From NCBI GenBank assembly GCA_964106645.2, contig OZ067044.1: 64,000 nt of DNA; one strand, 5' to 3'. The position numbers and the translations under genes are program-made. The stretch comes from Podarcis pityusensis. Lineage: Eukaryota. Positions 35,289 to 49,800 of this stretch are shown piece after piece. The notes below the pieces were generated by a model. That model saw only the letters and a list, made by a program, of their open reading frames with translations. It did no database searches and was not told the DNA's origin. The number at the start of each line of letters is the position of its first letter. Position 1 is the stretch's first letter.

Positions 35289-38200
35289 GACTCAGTCAGT
35301 GTCAGATTTCTGTGTACATATATCTAGCCTGAGGAGGATGCAAGGGTCTGTCTTTAATTTATATTTTTGTACAGTGCCTAGGCTCCAAGGTACTTCCTAA
35401 ATCATCAGTAATAGTTATTATTCTTCGCTTCATTCTGCTGTGTGCATATGCTCTGTCAGATCATAATCAAATATAAAATATTTATCAACTTAATCATAGG
35501 TCATAAAAGAACCAAGAATACAAATCGACTGAACAGATATGAAAAGCACAAGTAATCACAGACCTGTGTACAGGGCAAATTATAGCATAATTAAAACAGT
35601 CAGATCTCCATAAACCCAACAATGACACGAGGACTCATGTAGTGTTGTCTTATTCATGAAGCTAGCTTTTTTCCTGTAAGAAGTCTGTGACAGGAAACAT
35701 TCAGGTTTTTTCCTGCTCGCCCAAGAGTCAAAACAAAGTTCGAGATAAATAAAGAACTTATTTCTGGTCTCATTAGAGACATATGGCCTCATTATGACAA
35801 ACAAATGAAGGATCTTCTAACCTGGACAAGCTCCACAAACGGAACAAATGAGATCATAGGAAATATTTTTGTATTTAAAGGACAATGATGACTGAGGACA
35901 TTTGTTACTTGCTGGCCACATTTTCAGTTCTCTCACCAAATGAGACTTCTAGTCACATAATCCGTGATACCTATTCAGGAGGCAGTGGGGGAATCAGGAC
36001 ACTGAACTATTCCCTCTCACTGCCAGATGATTTGCACTAAATGGCCAGGGTCATGCAGTAGTAGCAGCCACCACATGCATACACTTTGATTTGGATCAGT
36101 GGCTTCTTACAGAAACAAATAGGGTTGGCTTTAGTTAGCAAGCAGTAGCCTGTTTGCAGAGCCAGCCCAAGGTTTTATCCTGTCTGTGTTCCCTCCTGAT
36201 GCCACCACCCCATGTTCAGAAGCCAGCCAAACTGACAGTTGGATTGTACTTCAGCTGGTGCTCTGCTAAAAATGTCTACTGCATTTTCTTCAACCATTCT
36301 CTATCAATTAATGAGAAAGAAAATACATTCAAAAATTATCCAAAAAGAAGCAAAATTTCAATTAAATCCGCATGGGTTGGGTGCTGGGTTTTTCTTGTTA
36401 TGGTTACCTAATTTTCTAGGTGGTCAAGGGGTGTTTGTGAGTGTCCTTTCTTTCATTTCACTCTGCTTTGTGCCTGGCTGCTGTGTTTCCCGAAAACCCC
36501 ACAACATCATCATCTAGGCTTTCCTGAAAATTCAGGAAAGTCGAGAGACTGTTGTCTTTATTTTATTTTTTGGGAAAAAAACCCAAAATATTCCATCTGC
36601 ATATAATAATTCATAATATCATGCATCCATATCCAAAAAGTCAATTAAAATTATATAACTTATGTGTCCTTGGTTATTATTTTCAGCAGAATGTCAAATT
36701 ATATGAATGAAAATAATATATAAGGTTGAAGATCATTTGAACAGACAAGTTCATTTTTCAGCAAATAAATAAATAAATAAATGAGATCCTTTTTTTGTTA
36801 CCTTTAAAGAGTGAAGTTTTTACTTTTAAAGAAATCAGTAGAGAAAGATTTCTTTTCGAGGAAAGATAAATGGAATGACTGTAATTAACAGCTGTACTGA
36901 CCTCACATGTTCAGCACATCAAGAAGTGTCCTTGGAGCTTTTGCAGATCAGGAAGCAGCCAGGGAGGCTGTAAAGCTCTGGAGAAACATTTGATGGAAAG
37001 AAGAAAAACGTGTGCAACCCCCTGTCATCTCACAATGATAAAGTAAGCTCAACCCCACACCCACAACAATTCTAGAGCAATTATAAGGAGCTCCATGAAT
37101 GAGACAGAAAAATCGAACTTTTGAGAAATTGAAGGACAACACTAGCTTCAACGCTGGTGATGGGACAGCATGCTCCATCATGCCTTAGGGTAGCAGACAT
37201 GCCATGTGGTACACCCAACTATGTCCTCCAGTATCCCATCACTACTCCCCATCTCTCACTATCTGCTGCTTGATGCAGCAGCCTCACTTTGCTGAATGAT
37301 AGGGGCAGCTCAGCTTGTTTGCTAGGATCTCACTTACGCTGAGTTTCATTTCCTAGCAGTAGTCTCCACTTGCAAAAACTAGCATCACTCATATCACCCT
37401 CTATTTTATCAGCCTAAATCACAGTCATTTGTTAGCAGTCCTGCTACAGGATGAAGTTTATGATGGCATGATAGTTTTCATCTGTGTTGAAAAACACAGT
37501 GAGACTTGTGAACTGTATACACTGCTTATGAAAAGAGAGTATTTTAAGAAGCTCCCTTGTTAAACAGGTTGCACACAAGACGTTTTGTGTCCAGATCCAG
37601 ATTAAAATCATTTTGCCAAAGTAAATTATTTTAAGAGCTTATTTTCCACCACTGTTTTGTTTTAAATCATAGACTATTATAGACTACCATGCACTGTATG
37701 TTTTGTTGTTCACTGAATGATTAAGCAGCGGATGTCCTTTTAGGAAAAAAAAAAAGGACGAAAAGCAAAGTCCCACCCCATCAAGTCATCTCTGAAGAAA
37801 ATAATAATAAAGGATGGGAAATAGGAGGGGGTTTTTTGCCTGGCATTTCACTATTGGAAACTGAACAAGGATAAATTGACCAATTATATATGCCAACACT
37901 CTTACTATTTATCTCGAACATCAGTATAGATTACAGTGGCATCTTCTCCTTCTAGTATATGTGGAAAATAATCAAGCTAATGATTCCCTTTTAATAAATT
38001 AGAGTAGCTTTTGCCTTTAATGTTAAACAGCACATCCAGCATTGTAATGAATTACCCAGCAATTTGTTGTACTTGGAGTCCCAAATTTGCAAATTAGAGT
38101 CTTTATTCTTGCTAGATATATGTTGCATAGAAGTCTGGGTTTCCTGTATATTTGAATGAAAATTACATGGGCACACTGAAGAGAGCTCTCTCATCTAATA

Positions 38201-39555
38201 TATTTCAAAGTCAATATTCTGCCCCCTGGATGCAAAGAAAGGCAAGATCCCATTGCAGATGTTATACAAATTTATGCATGGAGTGGAAATGTTCTAATTC
38301 ACACTAATGACTGGTAGAACTGTTGCAAATTAGGCCTTGATCTGGGGCTGGCTTAAGTCTTTCCCTATGCACTTTCGGTCTGCTTTTTCCTGTGCAACAA
38401 AAGGGGGAATTAAAGGCTACTGAGTCACTAATGGTGTGCTAGTTACTTGACAAATGTGAGTTTTAATAACTAGTTATAATTTCATACTTAATAGAATAAA
38501 GGAAATCTTAGTAGTTTAAAGTATCAGGTATTCTTCTTCTTTTTTCTTTTTAAAAACCCACACATTGCACTCTGTTAAGAAGAGTATATGAAAAGGAGGA
38601 TCCAATAGCAAGCCTTGGAGGGCATCATCCATCTAGGGCCTGAGGGGCCTTCCCTAAGAAGCTGCCACCTGCTTTTCAGTGTTTTAACTCATGGGAAAGC
38701 TTCATGAAGATCCTGATAAGGCAGCTCTGAGCTCCTGCCATGGAAACAGAAGTATTTGGAATTGCTTCTTCTGGGAAAGGAGGCAAGCTTGGAGGAAGAT
38801 GTGGAATGCCTTGCCAACAGTTCAGTAAAACCCACTATATATGCATACTGGTGAAAGCCAGCCTTGTAGTTAATGCCACATTTTTTATATACATGGAAGG
38901 GAATAATTCAAAGAAATCATCAACAACACGCAATAAAAGCAAGAGGCTGCGCCACAAGCAATTGGGGGTTATATTTGCAGTTAAGTTCCCCCCCCCCACA
39001 CTTAATTTTAATTAGAGATAGCTTCCCCTTCAGCCACACAGCATGGAATAATAATTATTTCTTTAGCAAAATGTCACTAAGGCCATCCATAATTACTCAT
39101 GATGCACTAAATGGAAAATGGCAAAAATGCTTTGAATAGTAACAAGAACCTGGAGTTTATACATGGATATGATGGGAATCAAATTGTACTGTTCTAATAT
39201 GTACCTACGTCTTTCCTTCCTTTAGCATAGGTAAATAGCATTGAGAGCATGCAGCCCAGAACCATGAAGAATATCTTTCTAGATAGCTTCTCTGCTTTAT
39301 ACATGCTTGTATTATCCACCCTACTTTTGTGCCAAACTATTCTCAGATATTATTTAGTATAACTTGAAATAACACTGAAGTGCATGAAAACACATTTAGC
39401 ACCTTCAAGCTGAAGTGTCTGAGATAAACTACAGGCTTTTTTTGGCTGGCTATTTGTGCTTTAATTCTGATGCAGGTGGTAGAACTGATTGTGATAACAT
39501 ATTTGTTGACAAATGTGCATAAGAGCAGGGCTGAGTGAATTCAGAAGTGTAGAAG

Positions 39556-39557
<2 letters not shown>

Positions 39558-39590
<33 letters not shown>
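39558..39590. repeat. (TC)n microsatellite
   Basis: Directly visible. Confidence 0.97.
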
Positions 39591-39592
<2 letters not shown>

Positions 39593-40544
39593 AAAGCACA
39601 TTGGAGAAAAGCAAGCAACAGGTTTCTTTATTTCCACTGCAGCTATTAAACAGAAAGTTTGCTTTGCGGCAGAAGAGCAGAATGATTAAGGGTCAAATTG
39701 CTTTTTATTGTTCCCCAAACATGCCACTTGTGTGTACAGTTTCGTTTTTAGCTTTTTTAAAACTTTGCAGTCTTTGGGTTTAAAAAGCTATGACAGGCAG
39801 TGCTAGCCGGAATGATAAAAAGCTCAGAGTTACTAGCTCCATCTGTTACCCAGGAAGATGTAATGCTAAAGACGGAATGAACATGCCAGCTTGACAGACA
39901 TAATTCAGAATGGTAAATCCTGCAGTTCTTCTCAAGCAGTTAGGAGGCTCATGGCACTGTTCTTTATGAGCCACACAGAATCAGGATCATCTGGATTACA
40001 CCTGAAGCCACGCTGAAATGTAACTGTTTCCTTTGGTGGTAAGGATGCATGGGAGAGCTGATCATTAAATGAATCTGTCCAGAACGCAGTGTTCACTGGT
40101 CACGTAGGTTATAAAGATTGATCTGTCAGATATTGCAGAGTTGGGAGGTTGATTTGGTTCAAAAAAGAATGTGTCACATTGGTCCTTGTGAGTGAAATTT
40201 ATCACATATTCTTCCGCTCCATAATAAATCCAAGGGCAGAGTTTCAACTTAAAATGCATTATATTAAAGTTGTGATTTGAAGGCAAGCTGGAAATATAAA
40301 TAATCAGACCCTTGTGCAAATAGATCAGAGTTCAAGTGCCTTGCAATTTCTTGAGTTTATGAAGGGGAGGATTGAAAGAGTGGGAGCTGATAAGGAGTCC
40401 TCCCACTGCTTTCTGTGGAAAGTGGCCAAAGGCTATTCTATCCACCCAAGAAAATCTTACTCTTAAAAAAAGATCGTTCAGATGATTAGGAAGATGTCTG
40501 TTCATTCCAGGAAGTTTGGGATTGGATCTCTCTCTCTGTCTCCC

Positions 40545-40546
40545 GT

Positions 40547-40592
<46 letters not shown>
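40545..40592. repeat. (GT)n(GA)n compound microsatellite
   Basis: Directly visible. Confidence 0.97.
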
Positions 40593-40593
<1 letters not shown>

Positions 40594-43500
40594 GATTAGA
40601 AGTTCTAGTTAATTGAGCTGAAGGGATTATTTGTGCATCTAACATACCTTAATTTTCTGACAAAATAATTAGGAAATATAATGTTGAGTTCTGCCTAAAA
40701 ATGGATCTTCTAACTGGCGGAGGAAGGGGGTTGCAGTGAGTGTGGTCCACCACGTATGTCATCCCGGAGGGTGACATCGCCGTGCCCCCCCAGTAGCTCC
40801 GCCTCTGCTTCTAATGATTCTAGCTTCTTAGCAAGCTTTTCTTTTATCATCACATTCTTATCTCCAGCTTCAGCTCTTGTTGTGGCAGAAGCTTTTTCTT
40901 TAGCTGTGTGACTACTATAGTGGCATATGAGGCCAGGAGGTCAAAGCACTCCACCCCCACAGCATCTCGGTTTGCTTGTTTTTGATGTCCTGCTTCAGCT
41001 ATTGTTTGCTTGGTGGACAGAGCGAGAGCCAATTCCTAGTGATCAGGAAAGAGGTTGAAGGCTTCTCTTGCCCCACCACAGAGAGGTGACTCATGGAAAG
41101 TGTATGCGTAGAGGATACCTCTGACAAGCAAGAGGAGTAACTTTCCCCTTAGTTGCATGATCTTAATTACTTACTTATTTATTTTCTAGCATCTTTCAGA
41201 AATAATGGCCTAGTTCTCACTGAAGTCGCAAATCTGTACCACTGGGGATTCATGGTTTTAAACTTGAATGCTTATCCTTGACTTCTAGGTTTCTATGTAC
41301 AGTACAGGGTTTTCTTTTGGGGAGGTGGAGGTGGGGGTAATGGAGGAGCAGTCATGTGCAGCAGAGACACAATTTTATCACATTGGTGAAAACTAATGCC
41401 AATCTCATTCCTCATTTATTGTTTTCAGTGTCCTGGAAAGCAACTCCCTTCACATTCTGAACTGGAAGTATTGCTCATAGCTCCATCTTCATAGTTCTAT
41501 AACCTCCGCCTTGGAAACATCCATCGTTTCATTTTTATCAGTGCAGCTGATTAAGGTGGAAGCAAAAGTGTTTCACCATTATTATTTTTAAAAGAAACCT
41601 CCTTTTGTTAATCGTGTGTTTGTGTGTGTGCGTAAACAAGGCTTACTACAGAGAATTAATATGAAATGATATAATTTGAAAGGCACTCGGTTGAAAATAA
41701 ATAACTTTTAAGATATTCCAAGGACTTTTAGATTCACCAATGAATTCCCCTAACAGGACTTAAACACTGTGAAATGGCATTTTCTATTAATTTAAAAGCT
41801 CTACTTGTCAGAAGATAATATACAGAGTTCTAAAACAGGAGGAAATCATGTAGCTCATTTTCCAGCAGGGGCATAAACTGCTTTGATTCCCTTATGCTGA
41901 ATGCCGTGATGTGAGATTTGGAGAGAGAAACACTCTTAGCTCAGTCTTATGAGTCATTGTCAATTGTGCAACATGGTAGCACAGCAGCATCAGCATATCA
42001 CAGCAGGGCAGTAATGAAGTGCAGTGTTACCATGTTCCCAACCAACACCCTTTATAAATGGTTCTATTGTGCACAACCAAAATGGTTGGCAGCTGACTGG
42101 TGTGGGTTTAGAGCTGGGGACAATTCATCAGAGGGGTTGGCCATTGAGAGAAAAGGCAAATTGTATCATTTTCTTAGGGATGCATCACTTTAGAAAGCAT
42201 ATAGAGGGACAAATCAAAAACTCTCTACTCCTGGAAAGAAAGCATGTCAAGGACAGACTAAACTGAAGGTGAATTAAGTGAATGGCATTATGTGCTTGGT
42301 TTTTCTTCAGTACATAGCAGCAGCAGAGGGCCCAAAACTGGACTGGGATCACAACATGGGTTGGAGTGAGCTTTAACTCTTGCACCATTTTCACAACCTC
42401 ACCTCTCTGCACTTACCTGTATGAATTTTGTCAGGTTCCAATCCCTCAGAATAGGACCGCATCTAACCTATAGGTTGGAGTTTGCCCAGTCTTGATGCTC
42501 TTGTGAGAACCTTACACACTGTTCTAGCCTAATGTGACTCTGTCTTACCTAACGATACATTGCTGGTAAGTGCCTCTGCCACAGACTACTTCCTCCCCTT
42601 CCTTCCCCTTGAGCCTCAAATTAGTTATACATATGAACCCGCCTCTTCATTGAAATGGCACTTCAGCTTCAGCCACTAGCTCTGTAGCTGCAAACACTGT
42701 TAACTCCTCATGCAAGGAAACGTTGTTCAGCCTATGAAGACATGTGTTGTGCCTGGTATAAGAATTCAATGGAGCACTTCAGTCTCTAGGGCTGTTGAGC
42801 TGGCATCATTCATGATTGTAAAACCCACTCAAACAAATACAAGGATTATTTGATGGTGTGGATATATGGGACACAGCCATCCTGGGCCTCTAAATGATTG
42901 CCATAAATGCCAGAGAATTGTCAATACACTAAAGAGAAAACTAATGAGGTTTTGTGAAGAGAACTAGGCACTCAACAGGGATTCACTGTCTTCACATGCA
43001 TCAAAATGAAACGCAATGTGGTAGAAGGTAAAAATGGTATTATCGTGATTTTCTCTCCTTCATCTTCATCACAAAAGGAAGTGAGTTGCCTGAAGGAAAA
43101 ATAAAGATAACAGAATTACAGTGGAGGCTCTATGGAAAGGTAATTTTTAGCTGTGAAAATTGCTTTTCATTTCCTCAACAAAATAAAAATAAGACTCTTT
43201 GAAGAAACAAGACTATATATCATCTGCTTTTAATAAACACTCTGACCTCTTTGCATGTGGTGCTTGTATTGCCCCTTATGCTGTCTCTGCCAGCTCCCTG
43301 TGAACTTGCTAATGCACCCGACCCAGTTTGCAAAGCTGTCAATGACAGAGCATGTGACAAGTTTGCACTGCACATACAAGGCAGCTCAAGTCTCCTGGAT
43401 GGAGCTGTAATTTTGTGGCTGTGCTGGGGATGGATAACAAGTTTTCAGATCCTGCACAAAACCACATCTCGCAGGTGTCCTTCGAGGAGAAAAACAGAGG

Positions 43501-46195
43501 TAGTTGAAAGATTTACTTTTACTGTAGAGATACCCATGGCATCCAACCAAACTTTCTAATAAAAAAAATTGTATTTTTGTATTGAACAAGATGAGAATTT
43601 TTCTAAGGCTCCGTATTTATTTTGGACTAAAATTTCAGACATAGGCATGTGGCAGAAGTAATGTAAGAGGGAGTTACTATCTGCATGAGTGTGAGACCTT
43701 TGGTGTAACTCATGAGAGTCTGGTAGCAGGTGAAAAAGGAGCCACTACAGCCACAGGAATTGCAAGTGGGAAGCATCATGGTAACACTGGCTCATATGTT
43801 TTGTTCTACATGAGGCTGCAGTTTCAGGCTGACTTCAAGTGATAAGAATTGGACTTGGGAGAACTGCTCTTCTAGGATAAGATGTCATTAGATTTTCAGA
43901 TTTAATTTGATTAAAAATAGGAACCTGGGAGCTCAGAATATTAATGTGTAGCTGCTATGTTAAGTTATATGAAATTTATGTTAAGCGTAAATTTCACAAC
44001 TGCTTTTCTTGCGTGACCAACGTGTGAATAAACACACAGGTTTCTCTTAGATCCCTTGCCTTTGTGTACTGACTAGTCCTTTTGCCTTTGTGTATTGACT
44101 TGAGAGAATGACCTTTGCAAACACTGGCTTGGAATATAAATGGATGCTGACTTTGAAAGCATTTCACAAAGTTAACTTGCTCTGAGAGAATAGGCAGCTA
44201 GGAAATTAACAGTTCTGCCAGATGGTTTGTACCTGCAAGCTCTGCAATAATTACAAGAACATCATCATATTCCTGATCTTTCATCACCTTGAATATTTTT
44301 ATTACACTTGTGAAGACATCTTTAAACATTTCAAATCAAAGTGGGGTACTTTCATTTGGGTGAGAAATGTCAATCAGGAAGTTGCAAATGAAAGAATAGT
44401 TTTGTATTAATTAGAAGTTCTCGTTTTCTAGCTAGCTAAGTCCATGGTGGTTACACTGGAACACTGCTGATCCAAGTCAAATAGAGCGTGGATATACCAA
44501 ATAGCTCTTTTTATATCTAGACCAGTGGGACCTTCAACAAAATGTTGCAGTTTGGAGTGCTGCTGTGCTAGTTCAAAGCCACCTTGTTCTGCCCCCCCTC
44601 CCATTAGGGTTCCTCATATGAAATGTATTTCTTTGGGGTTCTCCCAAGCCTGCTGATAACTCCCTCTTGTCAGTAGTTACTGGCGTGGCGGAGCAGAGCC
44701 ACACAGTTGCCTTCCCAACACCATCTTTGTTGCAGCTCACAGGGATTATGCTGGAGTGGGCCAGAGCAGGAGCAGCAGATGCACCAACAGGAGATACTAC
44801 TGCCTCTTGTGCATGGATGGTGCCATTTCAGCTACATAAGCCCTGCTCTCAGTCCAAACTCTGGAAATAGACTGATGTGAATGCCTGTGTTAGATTCTAG
44901 AGCTAGACCACAGTCCTATAGGTTCAAAGACACTCCTGTCCAATCCTGCAAGATTCAGAACATCACGCTCATTCTATTTCCCTATACAGAGATAAATCAC
45001 ACTGTGCTGTATATATTTACTATGGGTTTCCTGTCACTTCAGAGGTCGCTATAGAATTAGGACCAATGACCAAATTCCAGTAACTTATACATTCCTTTTA
45101 CTCTGATTGAATCAAGCTAACAGAATACATTCATGAATCAAGGAAAAGCCCACCTCATGGCCATTTGCTTTGCAGATATTCCTACTATGCATAGGCTGTA
45201 GAAAAGTGTTTGGTGGGGCATCAGAGAGGTGAACAGCACTGAACTGCAGCAGTCAGTGTCAACCCTGGGTTTTGAAGCTCTCCAGAGGGATCACACTTTC
45301 TCACAAAACTTTCCGTCTTTGTATACTCTGCATCTCACAAGTAGTGGCTGTATCGTCTATACCCTGCTGCAGATGAGGGTGGTTTGTTTTTCTCAGCGTA
45401 TATCCCCCACCCCTCAAAAATAAAATGAAAATAAGGACTCTGGACGTTTAGCCTTTAAATACACACTGCAGAGTTCCCTCATCACAATGGGCATATTCTG
45501 TAATGTGTGAATAGCAATGTGAGTGTTTTTATCACTGCCAGCACACACATCAAGGTGATGAACAACAGCTGGCCCACCATGTGTCAATGTCAAAATAAAC
45601 CCTTTTGCTGTCATTCATATATTGCACTGTTTATTTACATTCATAAACACAGATTTTCTTGGTGTTAATAGGTGTGCCATCACAATTTCAGCAGACAGAT
45701 AACATTCCTATCAGATCAATATAAAAAGCTTTGATATTTTGCAAGTAGAACGAATTTTTATCAATGCTGTGCTAAAAGTCTGTCCTCCAGTTTCTCAAAA
45801 GTTTCCTTTCCCTGCAAAAGAGTCTTCCATTTTTCTGTCCATTCCTAGAGCACTTCTAAATTTCTTTAAACTGGGACAGCACTTCATATAAACTTAGGGG
45901 ACGCACTGCAGGAAGCAAGATGTCTAGGAGAACCATGCTACGCCACAGCATAATGCAGAGATGCTTCTGCACAAGTCTGTACAGCACTCAGAAATTTTTA
46001 TGCTTTAAAGGCTAACTTTATCAAATTTCAAAATCTTTACCTTTAACTGGATGAACTAAAACCTGCCTCACATTTCAACAATCTCTTTGTGTCTATATTT
46101 TTAGGTATGAACAGTGGTTCTAATCACTATCCTTCTGAACTTTGCTTCTTGGGATTTTTGTTAGAGTTGTTCAGTGGAATCCCTGGTCTGGACCT

Positions 46196-46626
46196 TGTAC
46201 AGAAGTGAATTATCTCCGCCACAAGAATGAGTTCCAAAGCTTCCCTGCAGAAGTCTTAAATACTAGTTACAATAAGACAGATGTTACAAAATAACCAAGT
46301 AGTACATTGCAAAGAAGAAAGGGTGCAGTCCTTTATGCAGTTCAGTAAACTTTCCAATCTCTGGTCTCAGAGGGTGATCCTAAGCTTGTTCATCATTGCA
46401 GAACCTCCCTGCAACTGCTGCTGCTGCTGCTGCTACTACTACTACTACTAACCATTGCTGACAAGCACACATTGCCTTCTCAGCTTCTTGCAGTGAGAAC
46501 TTTGCAGCTGGTGTTTCCAGCAATGAGTCATCAGGTAGTTTAGCTCATTGTAATGGAAAAATACCATCCGTCTCTGATACTTCTGCCAGAGTGGAACCTA
46601 TTGCTTAAGGTAAACTTCCCTTTACA
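46196..46626. mobile_element. Possible solo LTR
   Basis: TGTA...TACA termini with near-matching 4-bp flanks ACCT/ACAT; contains a (CTG)n(CTA)n tract. Confidence 0.35.
46415..46450. repeat. (CTG)n(CTA)n compound trinucleotide repeat
   Basis: Directly visible. Confidence 0.95.
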
Positions 46627-46734
46627 ACATTTTAATTACAATGCATTCAAACAAAGCATTTTATGCACATTAAACTTATAACTTTAATAATCATTGCCAC
46701 TTATCGTTACTAACTACTATGTTTATTAAAACTG

Positions 46735-47842
46735 GTTGGTTTCCAGGTGGAAAAATCAAAATTGGAAACAGAATTGTTAGATCCAAAAACTAAGAATTTG
46801 TCAAGAATGTATAACTTGCTGTTGAAATGGAACACTCAGGATGAAATGGTGAAATCAGCTATGATTAAATGGGCACAAGATGTTGGACATAACATAATGA
46901 TGGCTGACTGGGAACAGTTATGGACCACAGGTATGAAATTCACGGCATGTAATGCCCTAAGAGAAAATTTAATGAAAATGATTTATAGGTGGTACATGAC
47001 ACCAGTCAAGCTTGCAAAAATTTACCATTTGCCCGACAATAAATGTTGGAAATGTAATGAGACTGAAGGTACATTCTTTCACCTTTGGTGGACATGCCCA
47101 AGGATTAAGACATTCTGGGAGATGATTTATAACGAAATGAAAAAGGTATTTAAATATACCTTCCTGAAGAAACCAGAGGCCTTTCTCCTGGGCATGGTCG
47201 GCCAATTGGTGCCAAAGAAGGATAGAACTTTTTTTATATATGCAACAACAGCAGCAAGAATACTCATCGCGAAGTATTGGGAGACACAAGATTTACCCAC
47301 CCGGGAAGAATGGCAGATGAAGTTGATGGACTATATGGAATTGGCGGAAATGACTGGCAGAATCCGAGACCAGGGAGAAGAGTCGGTGGAAGAAGATTGG
47401 AAAAAGTTTAAAGACTATTTACAGAAATATTGTAAAATTAATGAATGTTAGAAAAATGTTGGAATGAAGTTATATGGCTTTAGCAGAAATGTTATAAGGA
47501 ATTAAGTATAAATAGATTAATAGAGAATTAAAGGGAAAAATAATGTTAGAATGTGTTAAGATAATTATAGGATAGAAAACAGAGGAAGATGGAAAGGAAT
47601 TGCTGAAACAATGATCAGAAGTGGAATACAAAAAGGGAGGTGTGAGGAGGTTGTGGAAATAAGTGAATGAAAGATAAGATATTGAAATTGTTTGATGTGT
47701 TTAACTGTTTTTGTTTTGTTTTGTTAGTTTAATGTGTTAGTGTTATGTAGTGTTTTTGTATTGTATTGTATTGTTTTTGTAGTGTTTAAATTGTTGGAAA
47801 AGTAATAAATATTATTTTTTAAAAAATAAAAAATAAAAAAAT
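46735..47842 (+). mobile_element. 5'-truncated L1 (second lineage) with intact ORF2 C-terminus, 3' UTR and A-rich tail
   Basis: ORF 46747-47451 aligns by eye to the ORF2 C-terminus (FTAC..L.ENLMKM.YRWY.TP.KLAK, KCWKC...H.WW.C, KKPEAFLLG). A-rich tail 47821-47846; TSD (T)AAAACTG at 46727-46734 and 47842-47849. Confidence 0.93.
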
Positions 47843-47849
47843 AAAACTG

Positions 47850-49800
47850 CATTTTTGAGAAGGGCAACAAACCAGATAAGGTTAAGGAATTGAAAAAAAT
47901 GTGATTAAGATTTACATAATTCCAAAATACGTCTTTAATAATTTTAGAGAATGTTACGAGGAACTTTATTTCTCAGAATGCCATTATGAACAGGGAGTTC
48001 AGGGTTGTTCTTGTTTTCTTTTAGAAATATTAAACTGCCATGTCTAACAGAAAAGGATATTGAAAATCTACAAAGCTGCTTACAATTACTGAGCTCTGTA
48101 CAGTGCATTGCAGAACTTTTAAAAAATGTGGTAGAAACAGATGGCTTCATGGCAGAATACTATAAAATGTTCTTAATGAATTAGCATATCCCCTTCTGGC
48201 TGCAATAAATGAAGTTATGGAAAAACATACTTAAAAAAAGAAGTGGAGAGAAAGCCAAATTGATTGATACTGAAGTAAAACAAAAAACATTTCCAAAGTA
48301 GAGTCCTATTGAGCTTTGCTCTTTTATATCAGGGTTTTAAACGTGGACCGCTATTATGGCAAAAAGGCAACATAATTGTTTGGAGATTCATTGCAGATGA
48401 CCAGAAAGTCTTTATTTAAAATTGTAAAGTAACACTGGACATAAAAACATAATACATATGATAACTAAGCCTAGAGACACTTCTGTTCTTAGATGCTGAG
48501 AATGCTTTTGATAATTTAGAATGGAGATATTTAAACCACATTTCATTGGTCTAGCAGGATAATTTTCTATGTGGGTTCAGTTAATGTATCTATTTATGTC
48601 TTAGTAAATGGTGCAAGGATTTCCCCTATCCCAACTATTATTTACTTTATCTATGAACTTCTTACTGAATCAGTAAGAATCAGAAAGGCAATAAGTGGTC
48701 TTAAGATAGGGTTGAAAAGTTCAAAATTAAGGCAGATGACACATTATTTGTACACAATCTGGTAAATGGTTTTGAGCAAATTCTAAAAAACAAAAAACAG
48801 AGAAACGGGAAAAACTTCATCACAACTGATAAAAACATGGAGTTATAGTTTCTCCGTGTATAATAAAATACTTTGATGCAGTTATGAATATATTTAGTAG
48901 CATGGTTTCATCTACCTGAAAGCCTGATCCTGGAGTAATATCAAGAGAACTTAAAAAGACACTTCAACAGTAAATTCAATAGGGAACTGATCAAAACAAA
49001 CTTATCCCTTATTGGAAAACAAAGAAAGGAAAATTAAGACTAGGGTTCTCACTGTAAACAACTTCACATTGCAATGAGGAATTATAGTGTGATACCTTGT
49101 TAGGTATTTTGCAATTATGGAACGATAATGGGTAGACAGGACTTGAGAAATCTATTTAAGAATGGAATGTTTAAATCTTATGGAGAAATAAATAATGAAA
49201 TAGGACCCCATTACCCATGTTTGTTTTAGTATTTACAAATAGTACATCTAGTAATTATTTACCAAGGAAACAAAGTCCTCTTAAAGAGATTAGAGTTTGA
49301 AATTTTATTTTAACAAGCCAAAAACAAATTAAGCAAAATATACAATATAATTATGAATACTGAAACATTCAGAAATTCATATCAACACAGATGGAAAATG
49401 GATTTAGGATTAGCTATTTCATTAGCTATCAGTGATTGTATGGTAATATGTTCAGCAACAAACTATAAGTACAAATTGTAAGGAGCTTTTATGAATGTAT
49501 GTTCTATTTCTATTTGACACCTGCAAGGCTTCAAGACAATCCAGTAACTTATTTATTTAAAAATAAGTCTATTGTAATATATTGGTGTAACAGGATACAA
49601 GAAAATACCCAGCATTATATCAACAAGGGTGCATATGAATTGTTTATGAATACATTGTGGATATTTTACAGATATTGATTGATAATGTATAACCTACTAT
49701 GATTTACTATATTGTTATTGCCACTCTATGCTGTTAAAGTCAGAAAATAAAGACTGCAGTAACTTTTCCATAGAACCAATAGAAACTGTTTTCATGGGAG
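47850..49800 (+). pseudogene. Highly degraded ancient L1 ORF2 fossil
   Basis: ORF2 motif relics in the expected order: FEKGNKPDK (47854), DGFMAEYYK (48140), DAENAFDNLEW (48492), QGFPLS (48614), ADD (48732), LTPARL (49514), with many stops and frameshifts. Right boundary approximate. Confidence 0.85.
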
